A stretch of DNA of 47,725 nt from a virus (taxonomy: Duplodnaviria > Caudoviricetes): the IMG/VR virus record IMGVR_UViG_3300005613_000108, positions 1-47,725 of that record; one strand, 5' to 3'. The stretch's first letter is position 1; every line of letters starts with the position of its first letter. Positions 18,625 through 28,314 of the stretch are shown in pieces. The notes beneath the pieces were generated by a model, which worked only from the letters and a program-made list of their open reading frames with translations, ran no database searches and had not been told where the DNA came from. The translations under genes and the position numbers were made by a program.

Positions 18625-19602
18625 TTAGGAGGCCGTGCCTCCATCATCGTCATCATCTACCGCAATACCCTTGTGCTTCATAAGCGCCACCAATGCGCCT
18701 GGGCCGCGATGCTTGCGGAAAAAATCCTTCTCGTCAACTTTCGGCGCTGTCGGCGTACCGATTGGTGTTTGGTGCTCGGCACGCGGATTAGGGGTCAAAG
18801 TGTTTCGCGGCTTGGGGATTGAGCCCTTGACGTTCGCGATGGCTTTTTCCCACAAGCCAACGTGATGTACTTTTTTGTCAAGTTCAGGAACCGCCTCCAC
18901 CAATGCCTCATACTCCGCAACCGCTTTGTCACCCCACTTCGTTAGCCCGGTGGATGGATCACCGTTGACGTACAACAGCGATTTTTCGCGCTCGTTGATT
19001 TGCTGCAATCGCGTCTGTCTCTTTTCGACGGCAAGCGTGCTGTTTGTCTTCTCAGCCAACTCCTCAAGCAACGACTGCTTGAAATCACCCAGCGCCTCGG
19101 AAAAGAATCCCTTCGGGTCCATCGCGATCCGAACGGTCGCCTCCGCAATTCGCTCGTCGGCGTCACGCAGGCGGCGAATGTCGTCCTGGTTGGCTCCCGA
19201 CCGAACCTTGCCGGAATCGTCATAGACTCGCGATTGCAGAAGTTGATACTCAGCCTTCGATACCGGCTGAGTTTGCGGAGAGTCCGTGGAGGCGGGAGTT
19301 GCGGGCTGGGCATTGAGTTTGCCCGCAAGGAAATCGCCGAACTCTTTCTCTCGACCCTGGATGGCCTGGAGGATTTGGTCGTAACCCTCGGCCTTCTCGT
19401 TGCGTTTTCCAACGAGCCGGGAGGCTTCCGTCACCCCCTTGATTAGACTTGCCTCATCGGTGTACTTATCCCTCAGGTCAAGACCGGCTTCCTCGAAGCG
19501 GTCGAAGAGGTCGGGTTGAGGGGACGGATCGGTGGACGGTTCCGGTGACGGTGTTGGATCGGTAGCGACCCCACCATCAGCGGGCTCAACAGGATCAGAC
19601 AT
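18625..19602 (-). CDS. capsid scaffolding protein
   Basis: Acidic Pro-rich N-terminus and coiled-coil body (K.Y.DE..L.KG..EA.RLVGKR), directly upstream of the MCP gene. Confidence 0.7.
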   Translation of the reverse strand: MSDPVEPADGGVATDPTPSPEPSTDPSPQPDLFDRFEEAGLDLRDKYTDEASLIKGVTEASRLVGKRNEKAEGYDQILQAIQGREKEFGDFLAGKLNAQPATPASTDSPQTQPVSKAEYQLLQSRVYDDSGKVRSGANQDDIRRLRDADERIAEATVRIAMDPKGFFSEALGDFKQSLLEELAEKTNSTLAVEKRQTRLQQINEREKSLLYVNGDPSTGLTKWGDKAVAEYEALVEAVPELDKKVHHVGLWEKAIANVKGSIPKPRNTLTPNPRAEHQTPIGTPTAPKVDEKDFFRKHRGPGALVALMKHKGIAVDDDDDGGTAS

Positions 19603-19684
19603 CGCATCTCTCCAAACTGCTGGCGCTGGGTGCAGAGGACCTAACGGGGGCAGTGGAGGTTGCGTATCCCGTCCTTCTATTTCA

Positions 19685-19713
19685 GATTATTGACGGGACA
19701 GAGAGTTTGGCAA
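19685..19713 (-). promoter_or_regulatory. possible sigma70-type promoter for the head operon, overlapped by inverted repeat TCCCGTC/GACGGGA
   Basis: Minus strand TTGCCA-N16-AATAAT; inverted repeat arms at 19667-19673 and 19692-19698. Confidence 0.35.
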
Positions 19714-19756
19714 GGCCAATTTGGCCCGATTTGCACAGATTGTGTGCACGATGTGC

Positions 19757-20533
19757 CTAATATTTGCGCAGGTTGCGACGACGAGCGCTTGCCAGGTAGA
19801 GACCGACTTCCTGGTAGTCCAGCTTTGGATCGGGCATGAACTTGCGGCGAGACTCCGCAAGTAAGGCGTAGGCAGACCGCCTATCTTTTGCGCTCTTGGA
19901 CAGAGATTTGCCATCAAGCCTGGGGGTGAACCTACCGGTCCAATTGTGTGTATCGAGACCAAGGTGAAAGCAAAACCCCGGAAGCCATATCTGGCGGTCT
20001 TCCGTCCATTTTGCGGTAAAGATACGCCCGCAGGCGTCGGCTACGGGCGAGTTTATCGCATACCAGGGCCAGGAACCCAAGTGTTGGTCGCGTGCATAGA
20101 ACACCTGAAACCAGCCACCCGGCCTGGTTTCGTCGCCCGTAACCATATTGTCTTGCGGGTAGCCATCGCGGTAATTTTCGGGGTCTGGAACATGCTTTCT
20201 CCGTAACCCGCCTATTTTGCCGGGTCGCATATCTCCCAACAGTAGGTTGTGCGGCAACACGATGTCGGCATCCATGACGCACATCCAGTCGTCGCGGCCG
20301 ATCACGTCGAATCCCTCCTCCACCGCGGCCCCCTTGTTGAATTGGGCACCGCCGAGCGAGAAGACTCGCGTTGTGTGGCAGATCACGGTTGGGGCGTATC
20401 GGGCACAGAGTTCTCGAGTACGCTTGTCGGTAGGTGTGGTTACTACGGCGATCTTGTCAAAACGCGGAACCGCCCGCGGCAGGCTGATGGCCAAGTAGTC
20501 GTCGTACTCGACGCACACGATGACGGCGTTCAT
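19757..20533 (-). CDS. GT-A fold glycosyltransferase
   Basis: Start MNAVIVCVEYDDYL (ATGA overlap); FNKGAAV, WMCVMDADIVLP (DxD), GWFQVF. Confidence 0.8.
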   Translation of the reverse strand: MNAVIVCVEYDDYLAISLPRAVPRFDKIAVVTTPTDKRTRELCARYAPTVICHTTRVFSLGGAQFNKGAAVEEGFDVIGRDDWMCVMDADIVLPHNLLLGDMRPGKIGGLRRKHVPDPENYRDGYPQDNMVTGDETRPGGWFQVFYARDQHLGSWPWYAINSPVADACGRIFTAKWTEDRQIWLPGFCFHLGLDTHNWTGRFTPRLDGKSLSKSAKDRRSAYALLAESRRKFMPDPKLDYQEVGLYLASARRRNLRKY

Positions 20534-21561
20534 GTGGAGGTTTCCTGTACGGGACTTTTGCGAATCGTACCCGTACAAGAGTTTGCCGGATTCAGGTCGT
20601 GAAGTCCACCGTCCTGCTCCCAGACGGCCTCGTATTCCGCCGGAATCTCTCGGATCGGCTGGAGGCAGCCGGGGAAGGCTGCGGCGTACCAGCGGTTCCA
20701 GCCGCCACAATGCCGGCGGGCCAAACAACCCTCACACGGGTTGGCAACGCTTTCACCGACCTGCACCGCATCCCTCCAGAGGGCGGAAGTGTCATGCACC
20801 TGGAGCGAGTAGTTCCACTCCCAAGGATCGAACAGTACGTACCGCGCGTTGACAACGTACTTCCACAACTCGGGAGCCAAGTTACATAGCGGGTGGTAGC
20901 GAATAGTAAATAGGCAGCCATGCTCCAGGAGCGTTCTAGCCCCGTCCTCGATGTACGGCCGCAACACTGCCGGGTGAACGGCGACATCCCGAATGTGGTC
21001 GTGCCATTCGTAATGCGGCAAGAATCCAAGGAAGACGAAGTGATAGACCCCCATGGATACTTCGTAGCTGGCCAGGTCCGGCAATTCTCGGTAGTTGAGT
21101 ATCTGCATGGTCACGTTCGTTCGGAACGGAACCTCGTTTGCCTGAAGCCATGTCTTCAACTCAGCTTGCTTGGCGAACGCGCCGGGAGATTCCGCAATCG
21201 CGTCCAGAGTACCGTTCAGACCGTGTGACGAAATGTGCAAGTGGTCCATACCCTGGGCCACGAAACCCTGGTATCGCTTCAGCCCGCAGGCCCCGTTGGT
21301 AATCATGCTGGTCGCCATGCCCAGGGAGTGCGAATAGTCGATGATCTCGGGCATGTTCGCGCACAGGGCTGGCTCTCCGTAGCCGACCATCACCACATGA
21401 TCGAGCCCGCCTTCCTTGGCCTTGTCGATCTTGGCCTTCACTTCATCCAGGGGCACGTCAATGCCTTGGTGAAACTTCGGACTCCGCAAATAGAAGCAGG
21501 TAGCACATCGCCACTGGCACTTCCACGTTACGTCCACGCCGACTCTGGTACATGGGTTCAC
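20530..21561 (-). CDS. radical SAM enzyme with C-terminal Cys cluster (SPASM/twitch-like)
   Basis: CQWRCATC (CxxxCxxC), GYGEP, ITNG, LHISSHG, CEGC....HCGG; GTG start with RBS AAGGAG. Confidence 0.9.
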   Translation of the reverse strand: MNPCTRVGVDVTWKCQWRCATCFYLRSPKFHQGIDVPLDEVKAKIDKAKEGGLDHVVMVGYGEPALCANMPEIIDYSHSLGMATSMITNGACGLKRYQGFVAQGMDHLHISSHGLNGTLDAIAESPGAFAKQAELKTWLQANEVPFRTNVTMQILNYRELPDLASYEVSMGVYHFVFLGFLPHYEWHDHIRDVAVHPAVLRPYIEDGARTLLEHGCLFTIRYHPLCNLAPELWKYVVNARYVLFDPWEWNYSLQVHDTSALWRDAVQVGESVANPCEGCLARRHCGGWNRWYAAAFPGCLQPIREIPAEYEAVWEQDGGLHDLNPANSCTGTIRKSPVQETST

Positions 21562-22808
21562 TTCAGTCTCCTTAATGCTTCCTGGAACACCCACTCGTCG
21601 CCAAGATTGTCGGCGATGAAGTTAGCGAGTTTGGCACCAAACGCTGTCCTTGGTCCCGCCCGCTTCCATTTTTCCAGGTAATCTACCGCATATCTGATTC
21701 CTTCGACGTGATTCACCATGTCCACGTCGATGTCAACGTAATGACCATTGCTCCAGAGGTAATCCCCCAGCTTCAGATGAATCTCCACCAAGCCAACACA
21801 AGCCAGCATGTCGTTCATTCGCAGCCAATGTGCGGCGATCTCTTTAGTAGTCCTGTTTGGCTTTCCCTTGATCCATTGCGCGACATCGCCAATGCGTTTA
21901 CCATCCTGCATCAGCAGTTCCAATGTTGGCGCAAACCATTCCGGCAGGCTATTGAGCACCAAAAACACCGCGTCGTTCTGAACCCCCAAGTCAAACTTGT
22001 AGCGTATGTTGCCCACCCGAATTACGCTATCAGCGTCCCTCGCTGCATTCGACTTGATTGCGGTTCCGCTTTTGCGGATGGCCGTAACGTCGTCGGCCGT
22101 TAGGGTGCGGATAGGAATGTTGGGCTCCACACGCTCGAAGACTAGCGACTGGCGACCGCGTTCGTTTGGCAGCGGACCCCGAATGAGCTTGAATTGCGGC
22201 AGTAGGGCCTCAACATGAGCCTCTAGTGTGTACGTCTTCCTAACGCTTGCGGGCCAACCGTAGGTCGCCTCCCATTTCGGCAGTGAGGTATCACCCTCAA
22301 ACTCTACCGGGCCATCGAGAATCAATACCCTTTCGGTCAAGGCCGCCAGCTTCTTCAATGGAAGATGAAAAGGTGCGTGATGCAGAACGGCGTCCTTGAA
22401 AAAGTGATGATGAACACTACCCGCATGCACCACGTCATACGTTTTCATCAATCCCTTATAAAGTGGAATCTGCCGAAAGGATTTGTTGAAGAATCGAATG
22501 TGATTGAAACCGTGATGCGCACGCACGGCTTCGGCAATCTGGCACGCATGGCCTCCCATCTCGTAACCGTCGATGGACTCGAACCTATCGCGAAGCCAGA
22601 AGCACATGAACCCCTTATTGCAGCCCAGGTCGAGCAACGACGTGCCGCCTTCCCAGAGTTCGGGCATGTTCTGTTGCAGCATATCAACCCGGCGATTGGT
22701 AACGGACCCGGTTGGCTGTAGCGTTTTGGGGTCATACGATTGGTTGCCGGGATAGTTTAGTTTGGCAATCATCGCACGCAAGTCGTCAATTGACAATGCA
22801 GTGGTCAT
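21558..22808 (-). CDS. class I SAM methyltransferase fused to a possible kinase-like C-terminal domain
   Basis: LLDLGCNKG, YDVVHAGSVHHH; C-terminal IHLKLGD...VDIDVD is kinase-like but degenerate. Confidence 0.75.
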   Translation of the reverse strand: MTTALSIDDLRAMIAKLNYPGNQSYDPKTLQPTGSVTNRRVDMLQQNMPELWEGGTSLLDLGCNKGFMCFWLRDRFESIDGYEMGGHACQIAEAVRAHHGFNHIRFFNKSFRQIPLYKGLMKTYDVVHAGSVHHHFFKDAVLHHAPFHLPLKKLAALTERVLILDGPVEFEGDTSLPKWEATYGWPASVRKTYTLEAHVEALLPQFKLIRGPLPNERGRQSLVFERVEPNIPIRTLTADDVTAIRKSGTAIKSNAARDADSVIRVGNIRYKFDLGVQNDAVFLVLNSLPEWFAPTLELLMQDGKRIGDVAQWIKGKPNRTTKEIAAHWLRMNDMLACVGLVEIHLKLGDYLWSNGHYVDIDVDMVNHVEGIRYAVDYLEKWKRAGPRTAFGAKLANFIADNLGDEWVFQEALRRLK

Positions 22809-22835
22809 ATAGCTACGTTCCTTTAGTATTGTGTG

Positions 22836-23492
22836 TTATTTCTTTTTCGGTTGTAGTTCCGGCGGTATGGCTTGCATTTCATTAAGCCGATCACGATGAC
22901 CCGCAAAACGCTTTACAAGTTTGGGCGTCTTGCGAAGCAACCAACTAGAGTCTCGAAAACGAGTGTTCGGCGTATTGAGAATAACATCCACCGCAGCGCG
23001 AACAGCTACATGACCTTCGTTATAGTCATGGCCTCCAATGTAGCCGCCCAGTTTGATCTTTGGAAACCATAATACGATGTCTCTGGACACATTTGCAAAA
23101 TCATGGGCCGCGTCAATGTAAACGAGATCGAACACCTCGTCTCTGAAAAACCGCGCCGCCTTGTGGCTTGGCATGTCGAGCACGGCAACATTGCGGTGCG
23201 ATTTCATCCGCTCCAGAAACACCAAACGATCCGTGTCGGTGGTAGCCCCGTCTTCCCAACAATCAACACACCAGAGATATTTCAAGAATTGCGCGGCGAT
23301 CTCGCTACTCTCTCCCCAGAAGCATCCTACTTCGATACCAATCTTTTCGGCCAGGTTGGGGATGCTCTTGTAGAAGTCCACGATTCCCAATGTTTGGTGC
23401 CCGGCAATTCGCCGTTTGTTTCGCGGCTTGGTAGCAACAACACTCCCACTGCGACTTTCTTGACAGGCGATTTCTAAAGCAATGTTACTCAT
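22836..23492 (-). CDS. Methyltransf_24-type SAM methyltransferase
   Basis: IEVGCFWGES, CVDCW, DLVYIDAAHD, KLGGYIGGHDY. Confidence 0.9.
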   Translation of the reverse strand: MSNIALEIACQESRSGSVVATKPRNKRRIAGHQTLGIVDFYKSIPNLAEKIGIEVGCFWGESSEIAAQFLKYLWCVDCWEDGATTDTDRLVFLERMKSHRNVAVLDMPSHKAARFFRDEVFDLVYIDAAHDFANVSRDIVLWFPKIKLGGYIGGHDYNEGHVAVRAAVDVILNTPNTRFRDSSWLLRKTPKLVKRFAGHRDRLNEMQAIPPELQPKKK

Positions 23493-24141
23493 CCCTTAAT
23501 ACCTCATGCGTTAGACCGTTGTTCTGGACCGCAGACATAAACCATTCCGGTGAAACAATACGGAGGAGCTTTTCACGGTATTTCGTGTAGAATGCTGCGT
23601 CTACGCAAGGATCACGCTTCATCGGCTTATACGGCAACTCTTCCGGCACAAACAAGTTCTGCCGACCTCGGCGCACAATCCCGCAGCCAAACGGAATATC
23701 TACAACTACCATCCGTAAATCTGGCCGACTCATCCGTAAATACGCCCACGCCTTCCAGGTATCGCAAGGCGGCCCGACTTGTGCCAACTGGTTGGGCGTG
23801 GGGATAACATTGTCGCAGAGAATCGTACCGCCAACCGCCAAGCGGTCCAGCGAGTGAACCATATCTCGCAAGGCAGGCAATTCGCGGTGGTCGCCGTCTA
23901 CATATATCAGGTCATACTTCGGCAACCCATGCCCCTCGATAAAAAAGCGGTCTGACGACATCGTAAATGTCGCCCCCGCCTTTGGCTCGATGTCCACTCC
24001 ATGCTTAACCGGAATCTGAACATGGTCAAAATTGTCACCAGTGCGACGAATGCCAATCTCCAAATACGTTTCATAGCCAAACCGTTTAGCCAGCAGATTG
24101 GCGATGTCCAATGGACAGTGTACAACTTGTTCCGTAGTCAT
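23485..24141 (-). CDS. Methyltransf_24-type SAM methyltransferase
   Basis: YLEIGI, GVDIEP, YDLIYVDGDH, GGTILCDN. Confidence 0.85.
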   Translation of the reverse strand: MTTEQVVHCPLDIANLLAKRFGYETYLEIGIRRTGDNFDHVQIPVKHGVDIEPKAGATFTMSSDRFFIEGHGLPKYDLIYVDGDHRELPALRDMVHSLDRLAVGGTILCDNVIPTPNQLAQVGPPCDTWKAWAYLRMSRPDLRMVVVDIPFGCGIVRRGRQNLFVPEELPYKPMKRDPCVDAAFYTKYREKLLRIVSPEWFMSAVQNNGLTHEVLRDE

Positions 24142-24854
24142 AACCTAACCTCATCCTGCATATCAAAGTGAAAAGCGTAGGGCAGCGCATCGCCAAGCGC
24201 GTTCCGAATCGCGCTGGCCGCATATCCCATTCGGCGAAACTCTTTATAGGCCGCAATCCGCTCCTCTCGGCCACCAAGCCGAAACCAGTCGTCCATGCGC
24301 CCCAGATGTGCGATGCCCGGAAACTGTTCGACGATCTCGGTAAACAGCCGCGGACCAAAGCAGTCCCACGTTCGCTGCTTGGTCTCGGTTGCCATAAGTA
24401 TCCCACGCAAGGCACACGCCAGAAAGGCCGAATCGGCAGCCGTGCCAATGACCCCGTTGGCAATCCACTGCCGCTCCTTCGACTCATGCTCGGCAAACTG
24501 GTGCCGAAACCCTACTTGATCTCCAGGCACAAGGTAAGTGTCGCGTGGGAAATCCGCCTGATCCCGGTAGACCTCAATGAGTGGTCGAATCGGTAGAAAA
24601 TCCGTATCGAAGTACCAGCCGCCGTACTGAAGCAAGACGGAAATGCGCAGCACGTCGCTACGTCGCGACCAGACATGATCGGCCTCGGCCTCGATGCTCT
24701 TGTAGGCAGGACGCAGGAACGGCAGCAACGCCCCCTCGCCATGCACCCTGCAAATAAACTCGGGATTCATGTCTTGGAACAAGCGGATATTGTCCCGTGC
24801 CCAATCTGGCATGGGTGGCCCGATCCACACGAACGATATGATCTTCGGAATCAT
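24138..24854 (-). CDS. GT32/Och1-like DxD glycosyltransferase
   Basis: MIPKIISFVWIG, SDVLRISVLLQYGGWYFDTD, NGVI, GPRLFT. Confidence 0.9.
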   Translation of the reverse strand: MIPKIISFVWIGPPMPDWARDNIRLFQDMNPEFICRVHGEGALLPFLRPAYKSIEAEADHVWSRRSDVLRISVLLQYGGWYFDTDFLPIRPLIEVYRDQADFPRDTYLVPGDQVGFRHQFAEHESKERQWIANGVIGTAADSAFLACALRGILMATETKQRTWDCFGPRLFTEIVEQFPGIAHLGRMDDWFRLGGREERIAAYKEFRRMGYAASAIRNALGDALPYAFHFDMQDEVRL

Positions 24855-26311
24855 GCTTTGGCCTTCCTTGCATAGAACAGTGACGTGCCGGGAATTACCG
24901 AGTAGGGAACGCCCCACTCTTCCGCCGCCCAGATCACGCCGGGAAACCGCGTGGTGTAGTCGTGCCCGAGCAGAATCCCGCCTGGCTTGACCTTGGGCCA
25001 GTACAGTTCCAAGTCCTTCCTGGCAATCTCGTATGTGTGGTTGCCGTCAACCAGCACGAGATCAAACTGCCCATCGGGGCAATGTGCCGCCGCCATGTCG
25101 GAATTGAGACCGATATGCACGACCCGCTTCAGATAGCCGTAATGATCGGCAGTGGCCCAAAACTCCGCACAGTCCCCCTCCTGTACGCCGCGTACCGTGC
25201 CGCCGGCAGTAGTCTCGTCATACGGCGCAAATGGATCAATCGCCCACAGGGCAGCTTTGGTGGCCAGCGCCATCACCGCCAACGAACCGCCGCTACCGGA
25301 CCCGATTTCGAGAATCCTGCCTTGTCCAGACACTTCTCCAGCTATCCGGTGGAGTACCAGCGCCTCCAGGTACAGCATTTTCAGCCGAGCGCGCAGAAGC
25401 CCCACGTCCTCGGCCAGTGCCGCAAACTCCGGGTACTTAGCCGCGTCATTATCGTTAGGCGTCGGGATCAGCGTTTGGTTCGGTGGCAGGTATTTGATTA
25501 TCTGTTTCCATCGCGACTCCTCGTCGGCAATTACTTTACTACAGCATCGCGGCAACCGGCCTGGAGCAAACGGCAATTGCGGCAAGACCTTGATTTCCCG
25601 CCAACACCACTCGAATCCAGTTGTCATGTGCAAATCGCGACCAAGTGGCAGTTTCGGCCAGACCTCTTCAAGCCACGATGCCTTTGATGCAATAATCTCC
25701 TGTGAAGAGGTCGCCGCATACTTGGCGATGATCTCCGCCTCGTCGGCACGGACATAACTGAAGTGGTGAAAACTCACGTCCTGACACACATGAACCGGGC
25801 CGGCGGATTGATCCTGGAACCGCACTTTCAGGGGTTGCTTCTTCGCCGACTGCAAGGCCACAATCGGCATTGATGCTTCAACTGGATACACCTGATACAA
25901 CGGCGAGCGGACGTAAGTGTAAATGTGGGCGGTAAAATAATGTACCTCGGGGTGCGCGTCGATATGCTCTCGCAACCGCACCAGCGATTCATCATCCCAC
26001 AATTCATCGCTGTCGATTATCAATACAGCAGTATCTTCCCCGATGTTGTCTCGGATGAAGGCCAACCCCACCTCGTACTGTTCTTCCTGGTGTGACGTTT
26101 CGAGCCACAGTGAATGCACCCAGTCTGGCCTCTGACGTTGCCACCGGGCAACCACGGATTGGCAGTTGTTCTCCAACACACCGCCATTCCACGCTCGCTG
26201 GGATTGTACCATGACAACACCATCAACATGATTTTCAATGCTACGCAGGCTGTAGTTCAGCCATTCGCCTCCGCGAAACGCCTTGTAGAGCGCCACCACT
26301 TGTTTCATCAC
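24851..26311 (-). CDS. glycosyltransferase - Methyltransf_24 fusion
   Basis: N-terminal GT-A (SLRSIENHVD, IIDSDE, HHFSYVR); C-terminal LEIGSGSGGS, IDPF, DLVLVDGNH, PGGILLGHDY. Confidence 0.85.
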   Translation of the reverse strand: MMKQVVALYKAFRGGEWLNYSLRSIENHVDGVVMVQSQRAWNGGVLENNCQSVVARWQRQRPDWVHSLWLETSHQEEQYEVGLAFIRDNIGEDTAVLIIDSDELWDDESLVRLREHIDAHPEVHYFTAHIYTYVRSPLYQVYPVEASMPIVALQSAKKQPLKVRFQDQSAGPVHVCQDVSFHHFSYVRADEAEIIAKYAATSSQEIIASKASWLEEVWPKLPLGRDLHMTTGFEWCWREIKVLPQLPFAPGRLPRCCSKVIADEESRWKQIIKYLPPNQTLIPTPNDNDAAKYPEFAALAEDVGLLRARLKMLYLEALVLHRIAGEVSGQGRILEIGSGSGGSLAVMALATKAALWAIDPFAPYDETTAGGTVRGVQEGDCAEFWATADHYGYLKRVVHIGLNSDMAAAHCPDGQFDLVLVDGNHTYEIARKDLELYWPKVKPGGILLGHDYTTRFPGVIWAAEEWGVPYSVIPGTSLFYARKAKA

Positions 26312-26323
26312 GATACCTCGTTT

Positions 26324-26923
26324 TTACTTGGCCCATTTAGCCGTGAAATACGCTTTGTTGTGGTCCCACCACTTCCCGCCCTGATTCTTCTTTTCATTCA
26401 GATGCGTCACCTCCAGGTCATGCACGCAAATGAACTCCGCAGCGGGATTGAACAGCCGTAGTTGCCGACAATAATCGTTATCCTCGAACCCCGACCCAAT
26501 GTATGCCTCGTCGAACCGTACCGGCGTCTTGCGCAGGGCAATGCACGCGGTTACAATCTCCCTGCCGGGCATGACTTCGCAGCCGACAAATCCATCAGTT
26601 GGGTTTCCAACCATGATGCCGGGCGTGCCGTCCGGGTTGAGTAGTCGCGGTGACGCCATCATGCAATTTGGATGCCGTGCCATGACTTCATCCAGCCGAT
26701 GCACCCAGCCGAGCGGCAGGCCGGTAATATCGTCGTCGAGCATAACCAGCACGTCACTACGGGCCCGGTCGAGACAGATATTTCGATTCTCTGCCGCGCT
26801 AGCCGGATGGCACGTTGCGGTGACACTAACGCGACATCCCGCACTTACGAGAACTTCCTCAATCAGGGGCTTTACTTCCACATAAGGCTTCATGGTGGGA
26901 ATGCCCACATCAATGATTCTCAT
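26324..26923 (-). CDS. GT2-family glycosyltransferase
   Basis: Start MRIIDVGIPT; AAENRN, VMLDDDI, RFDEAYIGSGFEDNDYC. Confidence 0.9.
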   Translation of the reverse strand: MRIIDVGIPTMKPYVEVKPLIEEVLVSAGCRVSVTATCHPASAAENRNICLDRARSDVLVMLDDDITGLPLGWVHRLDEVMARHPNCMMASPRLLNPDGTPGIMVGNPTDGFVGCEVMPGREIVTACIALRKTPVRFDEAYIGSGFEDNDYCRQLRLFNPAAEFICVHDLEVTHLNEKKNQGGKWWDHNKAYFTAKWAK

Positions 26924-27920
26924 GCGACTGATTCTCCATTTGGTAGCGATTGTGGTTGGCGTCCATAATCTCTTTTGTGCGCCAACCAACCTGGTCTCTA
27001 ACATGGGACAATTGCACGATGTTTTCGCTCGGTTCCTTAGGCATGACTGCCTTATAGTGGCTGCCGTAATGCCTCCAGATCGTGCGCAGCATCGACAGGT
27101 CTTCGTATCCCGCACCCACATATCTCTCGTCAAATCGCAGTTTCCCCAAAACATGGCTGCAAATGGACCACTGCGAATTACCAAACAGCGGCTCGCCTAC
27201 TGCTAAGTTCCATTCGGGCAATACCCTCCCTTCGTGGGCCAAGTCCAGTGTCGCGTAGTTCACAAAGGCCTCGTGGACTAAATCGTCCAAGTGCGGATCG
27301 TTCACGCCAACGAATGTGCTGGTCGATTCTGGTAGGTAACGCACACGATAGCACAAACGAGTCACGTCCGTCTGATCGTTAAGCCATTTCGCGCCGCGAG
27401 CGAAGTGTGTACCCACTAGGCTATCGCAGTCCAGAAAAGTAAGTACCTTTGCTCTCGCCGCTAGGGCGTGTTCGATACCGATATTCAGCAGCACATTCTT
27501 GTTGAAGATCGGCATCGGGTCATTACATACCAGCCAATCAATCCAATGTTCCGCGGCCAGCACATGAGATAGCGACCCTTCTCTGCCGGGAGATTCGCAG
27601 ACCACAAGCCGCATTGTATTCCATAGGTCACCGGGATCACTCGCCATGGCATACTTCAGCCATCGCACACACGCCATCAAGTGAGCCAGACGATCACGAA
27701 ACGGAACGATAATCGCGTGGCTCAAACCTTTACGTGGTCCGGTGGGGGTCTCTATCAGCATCTCGCCGCTATCCTCGGCTCGGGCATACGCCACCGCGAC
27801 GGTCATTTCGCGAGCCCGCGACATGATCGACTCGGGCTCCATCCCGGCATCGAATAGAGCGTTGATGGCATCCGCCAGGGCCGCTATTCCGGCCTGGAGT
27901 GGCGGGTTAATTTGTGTCAT
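26910..27920 (-). CDS. GT2/GT7-like glycosyltransferase
   Basis: IIVPFRDR..HL, FNKNVLLNIG, FLDCD, FDERYVGAGYED. Confidence 0.85.
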   Translation of the reverse strand: MTQINPPLQAGIAALADAINALFDAGMEPESIMSRAREMTVAVAYARAEDSGEMLIETPTGPRKGLSHAIIVPFRDRLAHLMACVRWLKYAMASDPGDLWNTMRLVVCESPGREGSLSHVLAAEHWIDWLVCNDPMPIFNKNVLLNIGIEHALAARAKVLTFLDCDSLVGTHFARGAKWLNDQTDVTRLCYRVRYLPESTSTFVGVNDPHLDDLVHEAFVNYATLDLAHEGRVLPEWNLAVGEPLFGNSQWSICSHVLGKLRFDERYVGAGYEDLSMLRTIWRHYGSHYKAVMPKEPSENIVQLSHVRDQVGWRTKEIMDANHNRYQMENQSHENH

Positions 27921-28120
27921 CAGTCGCACCTCCGTGCAAAATGGTCCTGCCGAAGCCGGTCGCTCAAAGCAGTTGCATCGTGCCAAGTCAGGCTCAAGGT
28001 CGGATCATCGGCAAACCGGCCGATTGTCTGGAGCGTGGCCGCACGGCTTACGTCGTCGTACAGAAACACATATCGTTCCGTGCCCTTGATTAGTGCCAGT
28101 ACGTTGAAATCGTCGTTCAC
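27920..28120 (-). CDS. conserved planctomycete-type small hypothetical protein (66 aa)
   Basis: GTG start; NVLALIKGTERYVFLYDD..RA.TLQTIGRFA..P.LS.TW.DA..LS resembles a small protein I recall from Planctomycetota genomes. Confidence 0.7.
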   Translation of the reverse strand: MNDDFNVLALIKGTERYVFLYDDVSRAATLQTIGRFADDPTLSLTWHDATALSDRLRQDHFARRCD

Positions 28121-28314
28121 GTTTCCCTCCCCGCCTCGACAAACGCCTTCGCCGCCGCCCGGACCCGCTCGAACGCCTCTGCTATCACCGGCTCGCGGTA
28201 GGCGATGATCGGGCACCGGCCGTTCGCTTCTTTCTCCCTCACGTACCCGATCGGCCCGCCGACGTGGTGCTCCGGGCAGACCGGGATGTAGGAGAGCGGG
28301 GGACCGAGGGTCAT
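28117..28314 (-). CDS. small hypothetical protein
   Basis: 4-bp overlaps with both neighbours. Confidence 0.5.
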   Translation of the reverse strand: MTLGPPLSYIPVCPEHHVGGPIGYVREKEANGRCPIIAYREPVIAEAFERVRAAAKAFVEAGRET

